Positions 40,000-49,340 of a DNA stretch of 64,000 nt are shown piece after piece. A program made the translations under genes and the position numbers. Below the pieces are notes generated by a model, which was not told the origin of the DNA, did not search any database, and saw only the letters and a list, made by a program, of their open reading frames with translations. The stretch spans positions 4,264 to 68,263 of the forward strand of contig JBBQJW010000016.1 in the NCBI GenBank assembly GCA_038326325.1, read 5' to 3'. Source of the DNA: Chitinophagales bacterium (GTDB lineage: Bacteria > Bacteroidota > Bacteroidia > Chitinophagales > UBA10324). How positions within the stretch are numbered: position 1 is the first letter of the stretch; each line of letters opens with the position of its first letter.

Positions 40000-42690
40000 T
40001 TAAGCAATCACAGCAACCTTCTTTGTTAGACCGAATTCTAAGATTTTATCAATGAATTCATACGGTTTGTAATGATTGATTGCTGCCTGATGAAAAATGC
40101 AGGTTGCCGGAGTCATTCCGGGAAGAGAGTTCACTTCAATCACCACGGTTTCTGCGTTGTTGTTTCCATCAATGCGAACGAAAGCATCTATGCGGCAGTA
40201 ACCCTGAACATTTAAAAGTCGTGCAGCTTTTTCTAAATCTGTTTTTACCTGTGTTGCAATTTTTGTGTACTCCTCTTTCGATTTTCCGAATCGTGCGGGA
40301 GTAATGTTTTGTCCTTCGCCTGCTAAAAATTTTTCTTCGAGCGAAAGCACATCATCCATTGAAATAGTTTCGCTCGGTTCGAATATTTCATAGCTGATAG
40401 TTCCATCTTCGTTCAAATGAGTGAGCATTCCGCAGGTGATTTCTAAAAAATGTTTTGCGCCATTGGAAGAAATTAAATCTTCAACAAGGAATTGCTCCTT
40501 GCGTGGGAATTCTTCTTTCGGTTTCAGATGAAGTGTAACAGCTTCGTTTGCATTCAGCAATTCTTCTTCACGAAACATTAAGCGACTGAAGGCAATTAAC
40601 TCTTCGCGTGTTTTTATTTTTTTCACCGCACTGCTGCAACCATCGTCAACTGGTTTTGCAATGATGGGCAATTTGTGTTTGACGAGAACAGCATCGGCAA
40701 ATTTATTTTCATTTGCCTTCCAGTCTTTTTTATAAACCAACGATTGCTGTGCTTCATGAAAGCCATGCTGTAACAGTAATTGGTTGGTGTTAAATTTATT
40801 GATAGTGATTTGCGAAGAGGAAACTCCGCTGCCGTTATAAGGCAATCCCACTTTCTCCAATTGCGCTTGAACACTTCCGTCTTCGCCGGGTCTTCCGTGT
40901 AAGGCTATGAAAACTCCTTCCACTTCATTCGGTAATTCGGAATAGGAGAGTTGCTTGGGAACAAATAAATAATTGCTCGAAGAAAATTTATCAGTGATGT
41001 TTTTGCACTGCGCTTTTATTTTTTCAATCACCGGATGAAAACTGAAATGCTTAATCTTCTCGCGAATATCATCTGCATTATCTTTCAGCAACAGGTTAAT
41101 CGGAATCTGATACAGTTCGTGTTGCTCATTATTTCCGGTGAGGAAAACAGGAATCGGCTGATACTTATCTGAACTCGCGAGCTTCTCAAAAATATTTCTT
41201 CCGCTCTCCACGCTGATGTGCCGCTCAGTTGAGTAACCACCAAGAATTACTGCGATGCGAATTTTCTTTTCTGCGTGTTGCTGTAATTGAGCAATGCCAT
41301 CGTTCAGTCTTTTCAATAACGATTCATACACTGCAGGACGAACATTCGTGCGCATGCGTTCACGCACACTTGTGTGAATGATGAACGAAAGAAACTGCGA
41401 AGGATTTAAACCAATCTCTGCTGCCTGATGAAAGAAAAAAGAAGAAGGCAACATTCCACTCGTGGTGTTCGGGTCGTTGAGAATAATTTTTCCGTCGGCA
41501 CGAATGAATCCGTCAATGCGTGCATACACATGAAAGCCGAAGTAACTGAAAAGTTTTTCGCACTCTTTGCGAATCGCTTCAATCTGTTCATCCGGAATTT
41601 GTATCGGTGTGATTTTGCGCGAAAGACCTGCGAGATATTTTGAACGGTAATCGAAAACTTCTTTTCCTTTTACAATTTCAGTGGGAGGAAGTGCAACAGG
41701 ATTATTTTTTTCATCCACCACCACAATGCAACTGAATTCTTTTCCTTCAATGAACTCCTCAATCAGAATTTCAATCTCCGCATCATCGGCTTCCAGAATC
41801 AATTCAGCAACACCAGCTGTAACAGTTTTTTCAAACAACTGAAATAATTCTTCAGGATGATAATAGGTTTTTCCGTTCACACGCAGTGGCAATCCTACAT
41901 TCTCGCGTATGTCGCACAGGTTATTAAGGAAAGAAATTTTCTGTTCTTCGTTTTTCTTTTTCCAGTCCGCAGCATTCCATTCAAAAAAGAAAAATGCTTT
42001 GTCAATGGCTTTCGTAATTGCTGCAACATCTTTTTCGTGAATGATAGATACACCAATGGAAGATCCCTGATTGGCAGGACGAATCACCAATGGAGTTCCG
42101 ACTGCTGTAACACATTTTTCAATCAGCGTGTTTTTATCGGCGCCCAACCACTCTTCGCGTGTAACAGTTTTAAATCGGGTGGGAGTGAAGCCACCTGCAT
42201 TCATCATGCGCTTCTGAAATGCTTTGTTGATGCCGATTGCAGATGGAAGAATGCCAGAACCCGAATACGGAATCTGATAAAAATCAAGAATGCCCTGAAT
42301 GCTTCCGTCTTCGCCGTAAGAACCATGCAGCGCGAGAAAAGCAAAATCAATAATTGAGTTCAGTTCGTTCGGAAGAATTTTTTTTCCGACAGTATCAATT
42401 ATCTCATCCTGTTTTTCGCGCGAAAGTTTCCCGAGTGATTCGATGTAAACCTGAAACGGATGCGCTGTTGGAGGAATAGAACCAACAGGCGGATAAAAAT
42501 CACGGATGCTGCCTTTATAAATGTATTGCCAATCGAGCAGAATCAGGTTGTGAAAACTATCAATGAAAACGGGAACAGGTTCGAAAATGGTTTTATTAAG
42601 ATTATCGTAAACGGTTCTTCCGCCGGCAAAAGAAATTTCTCGCTCACGCGAACTGCCACCGAAAAAAATTCCTATTCTGATTTTATTCAT
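40000..42690 (-). CDS. Tandem fusion of two D-alanine--D-alanine-ligase-like ATP-grasp modules (about 896 aa).
   Basis: Module 1 carries IRIGIFFGGSSREREISFAGG, LALHGSYGEDGSIQGILDFYQIPYSGSG and ARIDGFI...NDPNTTSGM. Module 2 carries IRIAVILGGYSTERHISVESG, IALHGRPGEDGSVQAQLEKVGLPYNGSG and CRIDAFV...EVNSLPGMT. The ATG at 42690 is preferred over the GTG at 42693. Confidence 0.8.
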   Translation of the reverse strand: MNKIRIGIFFGGSSREREISFAGGRTVYDNLNKTIFEPVPVFIDSFHNLILLDWQYIYKGSIRDFYPPVGSIPPTAHPFQVYIESLGKLSREKQDEIIDTVGKKILPNELNSIIDFAFLALHGSYGEDGSIQGILDFYQIPYSGSGILPSAIGINKAFQKRMMNAGGFTPTRFKTVTREEWLGADKNTLIEKCVTAVGTPLVIRPANQGSSIGVSIIHEKDVAAITKAIDKAFFFFEWNAADWKKKNEEQKISFLNNLCDIRENVGLPLRVNGKTYYHPEELFQLFEKTVTAGVAELILEADDAEIEILIEEFIEGKEFSCIVVVDEKNNPVALPPTEIVKGKEVFDYRSKYLAGLSRKITPIQIPDEQIEAIRKECEKLFSYFGFHVYARIDGFIRADGKIILNDPNTTSGMLPSSFFFHQAAEIGLNPSQFLSFIIHTSVRERMRTNVRPAVYESLLKRLNDGIAQLQQHAEKKIRIAVILGGYSTERHISVESGRNIFEKLASSDKYQPIPVFLTGNNEQHELYQIPINLLLKDNADDIREKIKHFSFHPVIEKIKAQCKNITDKFSSSNYLFVPKQLSYSELPNEVEGVFIALHGRPGEDGSVQAQLEKVGLPYNGSGVSSSQITINKFNTNQLLLQHGFHEAQQSLVYKKDWKANENKFADAVLVKHKLPIIAKPVDDGCSSAVKKIKTREELIAFSRLMFREEELLNANEAVTLHLKPKEEFPRKEQFLVEDLISSNGAKHFLEITCGMLTHLNEDGTISYEIFEPSETISMDDVLSLEEKFLAGEGQNITPARFGKSKEEYTKIATQVKTDLEKAARLLNVQGYCRIDAFVRIDGNNNAETVVIEVNSLPGMTPATCIFHQAAINHYKPYEFIDKILEFGLTKKVAVIA

Positions 42691-42884
42691 CACGGTAAAA
42701 ATATCTGAACGAACAATACAACACGAAAAGTGTATTCAAGTTCAGGTGTGGATATTCTGATTACAAATAGGTGATTGCTAATTACAGATTGTTGCAAACA
42801 TTTTTTATTACCTTGTATTTAAGATTTTTAATTTTTCTCTGTCATTTTTAGTTTCCTTAGTTATTTTTAGTTCAAATATTTTTT

Positions 42885-45650
42885 ATGCAAAAAATTTTCA
42901 CAACACTATTATTTGTTTTTTCTCTTTCGGTTTGTAAGGCCCAATGGGTGACAATACCTGATCCGAATTTTGTTGCGTGGTTGCAAACAAATTATACGGG
43001 GTGTATGAATGGGAATCAGATGGATACCACTTGCAGTGGAGTGGTAATTGGAAATTATATTGATTGCAGTTGGGAAAATATTTCTGACTTAAATGGAATT
43101 CAATATTTTAACAATTTATTACATCTTGATTGTAGTGGAGGTACAATATCAAGTTTGCCATCATTACCGAACTTAACTGAACTTGATTGCAACAATAATG
43201 CATTAACTAGTTTGCCTCCATTGTCTTCGACTCTGGTTCATCTCGATTGTAGGCATAATCAATTGACCAGTTTGCCTGCACTGCCAAATTCCGTCACCTA
43301 TATAGATTGTTCATATAATCAAATAGCAAATTTACCTACACTTCCAAATTCATTAGATGAACTTTGGTGTTACTATAATCAGCTTACAACCTTGCCTTCT
43401 CTACCATCTTTATTAACTAGACTTGATTGTAGCGGAAATCTATTGACAAGTTTACCTACTCTCCCAAATTTAATATGGGCTTTAAACTGTAGTCTGAATC
43501 CTTTAACAAGTTTACCTGCACTCCCTAATTCAATAATTGGTTTAGCCTGTGACTTTAGTCCTTTAACCAGTCTGCCCACACTCCCGAATCAATTGTCTTC
43601 GTTATCATGTTATCATGATCAGCTAACAAGTTTGCCCTCAATTCCTGCTTCTTTAGATATTCTTGATTGCTATTCTAATTTTTTAACAAGTTTACCAGAC
43701 CTTCCCGAGACATTACATGGTTTCGAAGTTAATGATAATCCCAATTTAATGTGCATTCCCTCCTTTTCAAATTTTACAGGGGCAGCTTATAGTTTCAATA
43801 TTTCTAATACTGGAATTACATGTCTTCCCAATGTGATTCAGCATACAGGATATATTGCGCAAATAGATACAATGCAAGTCTGTGATGTATTTAATCTGAA
43901 TGGCTGCGAGGTTGCATGGAATATTAAAGGGAATGTAGTTATAGATGAAGACAGTAGTTGTGCAACAACAAATGATGGAATTGAAATTCCTATGATAAAA
44001 ATTAACCTTAAAGACGCAGGAAGTAACCTGCTTCAGCAGGTCATTGCCAATTGGAATGGAGATTATTCATTCGATACACAACTCGGGACTTTTAAAACTT
44101 CTGTTGACACATCAGGTCTTCCGTTCGATATTCTTTGTCCTGTAAACAATCAAGTAACAAGTATTATCTCTAATACTGATTCCCTGGATTTAGGTGTGAA
44201 TTTTCGGCTCCGATGCAAACCCGGATTTGATATTGGCGCATGGAATGTTTATCGGACAGGTGCTTTTTTTCCGAATGATACTATCTCGATACATATTGTT
44301 GCAGGGGATTATTCAAGTGTAATTTCAAATGGCTATTGCAATTCAGGAGTAATAGCAGGAACTGTAAAAGTTATAATTAACGGACCGACAAATTTTCTTT
44401 CACCATTAATCGGAGCACTGCAACCAACAGTTGTTGATGATACCTTGATTTACAGCATAGTTGATTTTTCTTTGGTAAATTCAGATTCAGACTTTGCATT
44501 TAATGTCATTACGGACTCAACTGCCCAGTCGGGCGATATTATATGTTTTAATGTAAGTGTAACACCCTTCATGGGAGACAATCATATTTCGAATAATAAC
44601 ATTTCTCATTGTTTTGATGTGGATGATTCTTTTGACCCGAATGAAAAAGAAGTAAGTCCAACCGGAACTTTACCAAATCAGTTTAATGATTGGTTGACCT
44701 ACACCATTCACTTTCAAAACACCGGTACTGCGGCAGCACAACACATTCAAATACTCGATACGCTTGACTCAGATATAGATGCAAGCACATTTCAGTTGCT
44801 TTCCTATTCTCATGCAACTATGGTGCAGTTGTTCGGCAGCAAAGTTCATTTCAATTTTGTAAATATCAATTTACCTGACAGTACAACTGATTCAGAAGGA
44901 AGTAAAGGTTATGTGAGTTACAGAGTAAAACCATTGGCAAATCTTCCATTGGGAACAACAATAGAAAATACAGCAAGCATTTATTTTGATTTCAATTCTC
45001 CTGTTGTAACAAATACTGTTAGTAATTTGATTTGTAATCCAATTGCTCCAACAAACCTTTCAGCAATTATTTGCGATGGTGATGTATACAATTTCAACGG
45101 AGCAAATATTTCTACTACGGGTAATTATTCTGCAACTCTTAATGCAATAAATGGTTGCGATTCAGTTGTGAATCTTAATCTATCAATAGAAACAATCAAT
45201 ACAAATATTCAACAATCAGGTGATTCAATTAGTGTAACAAGTAATGGAATCATTCAGTGGTTTGATTGCAGCTTGCAGCAAATAATTTCGGGAGAAACAC
45301 AAACTATTTTTGTTCCAGGCATCCCCGGAAACTATGCAGCAATTATTACTCAGGGAAATTGCAGCGACACAACTGCTTGCGTTTTAGTTAGTGGTTTCGA
45401 TTTGGCGATTTCGAGTTCCAGGTTTTCTGTCTTCCCAAATCCAACGGATGAAAATATTACAATTGCTATTTCACAACCTTGTGAGAATTGCAAAATAGAT
45501 ATCAGCAATACTCTTGGACAAACAATTTACGCGTCAACAATAAATCTTAATTCTAAAATCATAAATCTAAAATCACTTCCGTCCGGCGTTTATTTTATTG
45601 CTCTTCGCTCTGATAAAATGAGTGTGGTGAAAAAGTTAGTGAAGGAATAA
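42885..45650 (+). CDS. T9SS-secreted leucine-rich-repeat protein (LPX-type 20-aa repeats) with downstream beta-sandwich (DUF11-like) regions.
   Basis: The signal peptide is MQKIFTTLLFVFSLSVCKAQ. Ten LxxLDCxxNxLTSLPxLPxx units follow. The CTD reads FSVFPNPTDENITIAI...GVYFIALRSDKMSVVKKLVKE. Confidence 0.85.
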   Translation: MQKIFTTLLFVFSLSVCKAQWVTIPDPNFVAWLQTNYTGCMNGNQMDTTCSGVVIGNYIDCSWENISDLNGIQYFNNLLHLDCSGGTISSLPSLPNLTELDCNNNALTSLPPLSSTLVHLDCRHNQLTSLPALPNSVTYIDCSYNQIANLPTLPNSLDELWCYYNQLTTLPSLPSLLTRLDCSGNLLTSLPTLPNLIWALNCSLNPLTSLPALPNSIIGLACDFSPLTSLPTLPNQLSSLSCYHDQLTSLPSIPASLDILDCYSNFLTSLPDLPETLHGFEVNDNPNLMCIPSFSNFTGAAYSFNISNTGITCLPNVIQHTGYIAQIDTMQVCDVFNLNGCEVAWNIKGNVVIDEDSSCATTNDGIEIPMIKINLKDAGSNLLQQVIANWNGDYSFDTQLGTFKTSVDTSGLPFDILCPVNNQVTSIISNTDSLDLGVNFRLRCKPGFDIGAWNVYRTGAFFPNDTISIHIVAGDYSSVISNGYCNSGVIAGTVKVIINGPTNFLSPLIGALQPTVVDDTLIYSIVDFSLVNSDSDFAFNVITDSTAQSGDIICFNVSVTPFMGDNHISNNNISHCFDVDDSFDPNEKEVSPTGTLPNQFNDWLTYTIHFQNTGTAAAQHIQILDTLDSDIDASTFQLLSYSHATMVQLFGSKVHFNFVNINLPDSTTDSEGSKGYVSYRVKPLANLPLGTTIENTASIYFDFNSPVVTNTVSNLICNPIAPTNLSAIICDGDVYNFNGANISTTGNYSATLNAINGCDSVVNLNLSIETINTNIQQSGDSISVTSNGIIQWFDCSLQQIISGETQTIFVPGIPGNYAAIITQGNCSDTTACVLVSGFDLAISSSRFSVFPNPTDENITIAISQPCENCKIDISNTLGQTIYASTINLNSKIINLKSLPSGVYFIALRSDKMSVVKKLVKE
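43113..43754 (+). repeat. Ten to eleven tandem 60-bp (20-aa) LRR units.
   Basis: LTSLP recurs with an exact 20-residue period from about residue 77 to 290 of the protein. Confidence 0.85.
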
Positions 45651-45653
45651 GAA

Positions 45654-45752
45654 TTATTTTACTTGCTCCACCAACTCCAATCTTTTCACAATAGAATTTT
45701 GCTGGAGAATTGTTCCGGAAGCTAAAACTGCATTCGTTCCGATTTCTAATTA
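45654..45752 (-). pseudogene. Remnant copy of the last ~31 codons of the hexapeptide-repeat gene (47642..48247).
   Basis: The minus strand reads LEIGTNAVLASGTILQQNSIVKRLELVEQVK*, against ...IGANAVLSPGTILPKNSIVKRLELVEQVK* in the intact gene. DNA identity with 47649..47741 is about 85%. An in-frame TAA lies immediately upstream. Confidence 0.65.
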
Positions 45753-45895
45753 GTTGTTGATACCCTTCCCGTTGTCTGGTCTCTGACCGTCAACCTTTTT
45801 TTTCTCAGCAAAGTCTCTGCGCTTAATCGCATAAAAATCAAATTCCCCAATTTTTATATAAATAAAATTATCTTTAGAAAATCAAATCAGAAAAC

Positions 45896-47458
45896 ATGAA
45901 AAAAAATAGCCACTTGGTAATACTAATGATGATGCTGTTCGCAGATGTAACAGTTAACGCGCAAAGCACTTTTCAAAAAAGCATAGGCGGCTCCGCTTCT
46001 GATTATGCAGCTAATTTAAGTCCTACAGCCGATAATGGATTTATTTTAGTAGGAACAACATCGAGTTTCGGAGCGGGTGGCGCCGATATTTATTTAATTA
46101 AATTGAATGCAGATGGTGATACACTATGGACCAGAACCTATGGGGGAGCGAATGATGAATACGGAAGTTCAGTAACACAAACATCTGATGGCGGATACAT
46201 TATTTCAGGTAATACAAAAAGTTTTGGTGTTGCCGGTAAAGATGCCTACCTGATTAAAACCGACATGAATGGAAATGTTTTATGGTCGAAAACTTATGGG
46301 TCCACTGGAAATGATTACGGAAACAAGGTGCTGCAAACAACTGATGGCGGATATATTGTTGCAGGAACTACTGAATCAGTGGGCAATGGAAATTATAATG
46401 TGTACCTGATTAAAACCAATTCAGATGGCGACACGCTCTGGACAAAATCGTATGGTGGAAGTTTGGAAGACGATGGAAATTTTATTCAGCAAACAAGTGA
46501 CGGAGGTTTTATTCTGGTAGGAACAACTTTTAGTTTTGGTTCTGGTGGATATGATATTTATGTAATTAAAACCAACGAATCAGGTGATACAACATGGACA
46601 AAAACTTATGGAGGTACAATAGATGATTATGGTTTCTCTGTAAAACAAATTGCAGGAGGTGATTATCTTGTTACAGGTACAACAAATAGTTTCGGAGCCG
46701 GCAGTTTCGATTGTTATCTGATGCAATTAAATCCAATAGGTGGTGTGGTATGGATAAAAACCTATGGAGGAACTGGTTGGGACAATGGTTATTCTATACT
46801 TCAAACAACTGATAACGGTTTTTTAGTTTTAGGTCAATCATTCAGCTTTGGTATTGCTAGCGATATTTATTTAATCAAAACAGATGAAGTAGGAGATACA
46901 CTATGGACACGGACTTATGGCGGTAGCGGTTACGAATTTGAAAGTTGCATTTTGCAAACGACTGATGGCGGATACTTAATCAGCGCCGGTGAAGAAAGTT
47001 TTGGCCCCGATAGAAATATCTATTTAATTAAAACCGATGCTGGCGGAAACAGCGGATGCTTTCAGGCAAGCTCGCAAACTATTGTGAATACAATTTCAAT
47101 ACCTGTTACATCAACCAGTACAACTATTTCTGCCGGAGGAACAGTGGCTTCACAAAATACAATTAAAGGTGGAGGGGCAGTTGTTACCACGCTTTGCTCA
47201 ACTGTAACAGTAAATGAAACAGCGTCAAAAAATGCTGCAATGGTTTTCCCCAATCCGTTTACAAATGAATTTATTTTGACTGGAACAAAAAGCGATGGAG
47301 AGTTTAAAGTATTTGATTTAAGCGGGAAAGAAATTTTAAGAGGCCAAACAAATTCAGTTGAAACAAAAATTAATACTGAATTACTGCTGCCTGGTTTTTA
47401 TCTGCTGCGCTATAATGACGAAAACAAAACAGTAAATATTAAACTTGCAAAATTTTAA
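45896..47458 (+). CDS. T9SS-secreted seven-repeat (probable 7-blade beta-propeller) protein.
   Basis: A signal peptide is followed by seven ~52-aa units (TYGGxxxDxGxSVxQTSDGGYIxxGxTxSFGAGGxDxYLIKTxxxGDTLW). The CTD reads AMVFPNPFTNEFIL...GFYLLRYNDENKTVNIKLAKF. Confidence 0.85.
   Translation: MKKNSHLVILMMMLFADVTVNAQSTFQKSIGGSASDYAANLSPTADNGFILVGTTSSFGAGGADIYLIKLNADGDTLWTRTYGGANDEYGSSVTQTSDGGYIISGNTKSFGVAGKDAYLIKTDMNGNVLWSKTYGSTGNDYGNKVLQTTDGGYIVAGTTESVGNGNYNVYLIKTNSDGDTLWTKSYGGSLEDDGNFIQQTSDGGFILVGTTFSFGSGGYDIYVIKTNESGDTTWTKTYGGTIDDYGFSVKQIAGGDYLVTGTTNSFGAGSFDCYLMQLNPIGGVVWIKTYGGTGWDNGYSILQTTDNGFLVLGQSFSFGIASDIYLIKTDEVGDTLWTRTYGGSGYEFESCILQTTDGGYLISAGEESFGPDRNIYLIKTDAGGNSGCFQASSQTIVNTISIPVTSTSTTISAGGTVASQNTIKGGGAVVTTLCSTVTVNETASKNAAMVFPNPFTNEFILTGTKSDGEFKVFDLSGKEILRGQTNSVETKINTELLLPGFYLLRYNDENKTVNIKLAKF
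45965..47059 (+). repeat. Seven tandem ~156-bp coding repeats (propeller blades).
   Basis: I counted unit boundaries at residues 24, 78, 130, 182, 234, 286, 337 and 388. Confidence 0.8.
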
Positions 47459-47641
47459 GCAACAGAATAGGTTGAATTTCATGTCCTAACAGTTTCACCT
47501 GAAAGGGAAGCTGTGCTTTACTACGCAGTATACCATCGCTACAAATCGTTCTTAATTGCAAACCCAGCAAAGTATATGACACTGCTACCGAGTGAAGTTG
47601 TTATGACAAAAAGATTGTGAAAGAATAAATTCTTTCATCTT

Positions 47642-48247
47642 TCACTTCACCTGCTCCACTAACTCCAATCTTTTCACAATAGAATTTTTAGGGAGAATAG
47701 TTCCGGGAGATAAAACTGCATTTGCTCCGATTTTAGAATTATCGCCAATGAGCGCACCGAATTTTTCGGTATTGGTTTCTATGATTTCTGAATTGATGAA
47801 AACAGAAATGCGATTGTCGGTTCGTTCGTTATAATGATTGGCGGTGAGCGCGCCTGCTTCAAAATTTACTTTGCTGCCAATGATGCTGTCGCCAATGAAA
47901 TTGAAATGAGCAATGCAGGTGTCAGCGAAAATGAAACTTGATTTTATTTCGCAGCCGGGGCCAACTGTAACACCTTCATCCAAAAAAACTCCGCCGCGCA
48001 AATACGCATTCGCCCCGACAAAGCAATTTGCTGAAATAATTATTGGTGTTTTTAAAATAACACCCTGCTCAATGATTGCAGTGTTATGAATGGCAATTCC
48101 ATTGGTGATTTTATAATTGTTGCTGAGTTGCGAAATCTTTTTCTCCAGAATCAGAGAGATATTTTTTGTGATTTCCCATGGAAGTAAGTTTTCTTCCAAT
48201 AGAAAAACAGGGGAGAATCGTTTAATGAATTGGTTAATGTCAATCAT
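47642..48247 (-). CDS. Left-handed beta-helix (hexapeptide-repeat) transferase-like protein, similar to the C-terminal domain of sugar-1-phosphate nucleotidyl/acetyl-transferases.
   Basis: Hexapeptide-type repeats are present (IHNTAIIEQGVILKTPIIISANCFVGANAYLRGGVFLDEGVTVGPGCEIKSS...IGDSIIGSKVNFEAGA). The ATG at 48247 overlaps the upstream stop by 1 nt. Confidence 0.75.
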   Translation of the reverse strand: MIDINQFIKRFSPVFLLEENLLPWEITKNISLILEKKISQLSNNYKITNGIAIHNTAIIEQGVILKTPIIISANCFVGANAYLRGGVFLDEGVTVGPGCEIKSSFIFADTCIAHFNFIGDSIIGSKVNFEAGALTANHYNERTDNRISVFINSEIIETNTEKFGALIGDNSKIGANAVLSPGTILPKNSIVKRLELVEQVK

Positions 48248-48660
48248 CACATTCCGATTTCATCTTTTAAAAATTCTTTCACTCCTTTTGGCCCTGTTAG
48301 TTCGAGCCAAGCAAAATTCTTTTCACTGCCCACCGATAAATTGAAAGTGAAAAAATCGCAACATTCTTTTTCTGTTTTAATAAAAGAAACCAATTCGTCA
48401 ATGGTTGAATCGTTGTAGTTGAATTTAAAAGCGTAGCCCATTTCCAATTCTTTCTTTTCTACCATTTCATTTTTCAGTTTATCAATCACTGTTTGTTTTC
48501 GATTCTGCATTTCTTTTGAAGTCAGTTTGCAAACTAATTTTTTATTGCAGCAACTATCAGTGCATTTATCATTTGATGCAGTTGTTGAAATTTTCTTTTC
48601 AGAATTATTCCTACAGGAGAAAATAAGAATGAGCAGAGAAGTTAAGATTACTTTTTTCAT
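48247..48660 (-). CDS. Lipoprotein with two vicinal-cysteine motifs. Function unknown, possibly metal or thiol binding.
   Basis: The lipobox is LLILIFSC. The CC motifs are CTDSCCNKK and EKECCDFFTF. The size is 137 aa. Confidence 0.6.
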   Translation of the reverse strand: MKKVILTSLLILIFSCRNNSEKKISTTASNDKCTDSCCNKKLVCKLTSKEMQNRKQTVIDKLKNEMVEKKELEMGYAFKFNYNDSTIDELVSFIKTEKECCDFFTFNLSVGSEKNFAWLELTGPKGVKEFLKDEIGM

Positions 48661-48676
48661 AGAACAGATTTTAAAA

Positions 48677-49192
48677 TTAAGTCACATTGAAATTATTTTC
48701 TTTCAGCAATCGAATGGCTTTTTCAGTTTCTTGTTTGTCTTTGAATAATACGCCCGGCAAAACAAGAAACACTCTTCGTTCTTTTTCATCTTTCAAAAAG
48801 CGAATCACAAAATATCCTTTTGAAAAAAATCGAATGGCAGGAATCAATTTGATACTGACCACCGCATTTCTTTCAATAAAAATTTTTGCAGGTCGAAGTG
48901 CTATTCGGAAAAAGAAAGCATAAAACACCCAACAACAAATGACAACAAAGACACTAATGCTTTGTCCGCGAACAAAACCTCGCCATGCAAGAATTCCATT
49001 TCCGGTTACAAGTATTACGGGAAGAATTATTCCATAAAACCATTGCAGGAATCCGGCGCGATGCTTAGATGAAAGTGAGAAACGATTGTTTCGAATATCT
49101 AATCCTGCAGGAGTGAAGTAGCAAAATCCCTGGTCTAACCGAAATCCGTTTTCGTGCGAAAGTGATTCATCCAATATCTGTGACTCTTCCAT
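48677..49192 (-). CDS. Two-TM membrane protein of unknown function with a possible PH-like cytoplasmic domain.
   Basis: Hydrophobic segments are FLQWFYGIILPVILVTGNGILAW and ISVFVVICCWVFYAFFF. It is the first gene of a tight three-gene minus-strand cluster. Confidence 0.55.
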   Translation of the reverse strand: MEESQILDESLSHENGFRLDQGFCYFTPAGLDIRNNRFSLSSKHRAGFLQWFYGIILPVILVTGNGILAWRGFVRGQSISVFVVICCWVFYAFFFRIALRPAKIFIERNAVVSIKLIPAIRFFSKGYFVIRFLKDEKERRVFLVLPGVLFKDKQETEKAIRLLKENNFNVT

Positions 49193-49340
49193 TCAGAGTT
49201 TTCAATTTCAGTTTTCAAACTTAACCGAATCCGTTTTTAAATTCTTACTCTTTTACCAACTTCAATTTTCTTACAATTAACGATTGATTTTTTCATTGGT
49301 ACACCGAATGAATTAGATTAGCCAACTTTAATTAAACAGC

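Noticed and set aside
47615-47640. The palindrome TGAAAGAAT-AA-ATTCTTTCA lies just downstream of the hexapeptide-repeat gene stop and could be a terminator.
   Set aside because: The stem is AT-rich and weak, and on the minus strand it is followed only by CAATCTTTTT rather than a clean U-tract. It is plausible but not supportable as a feature.
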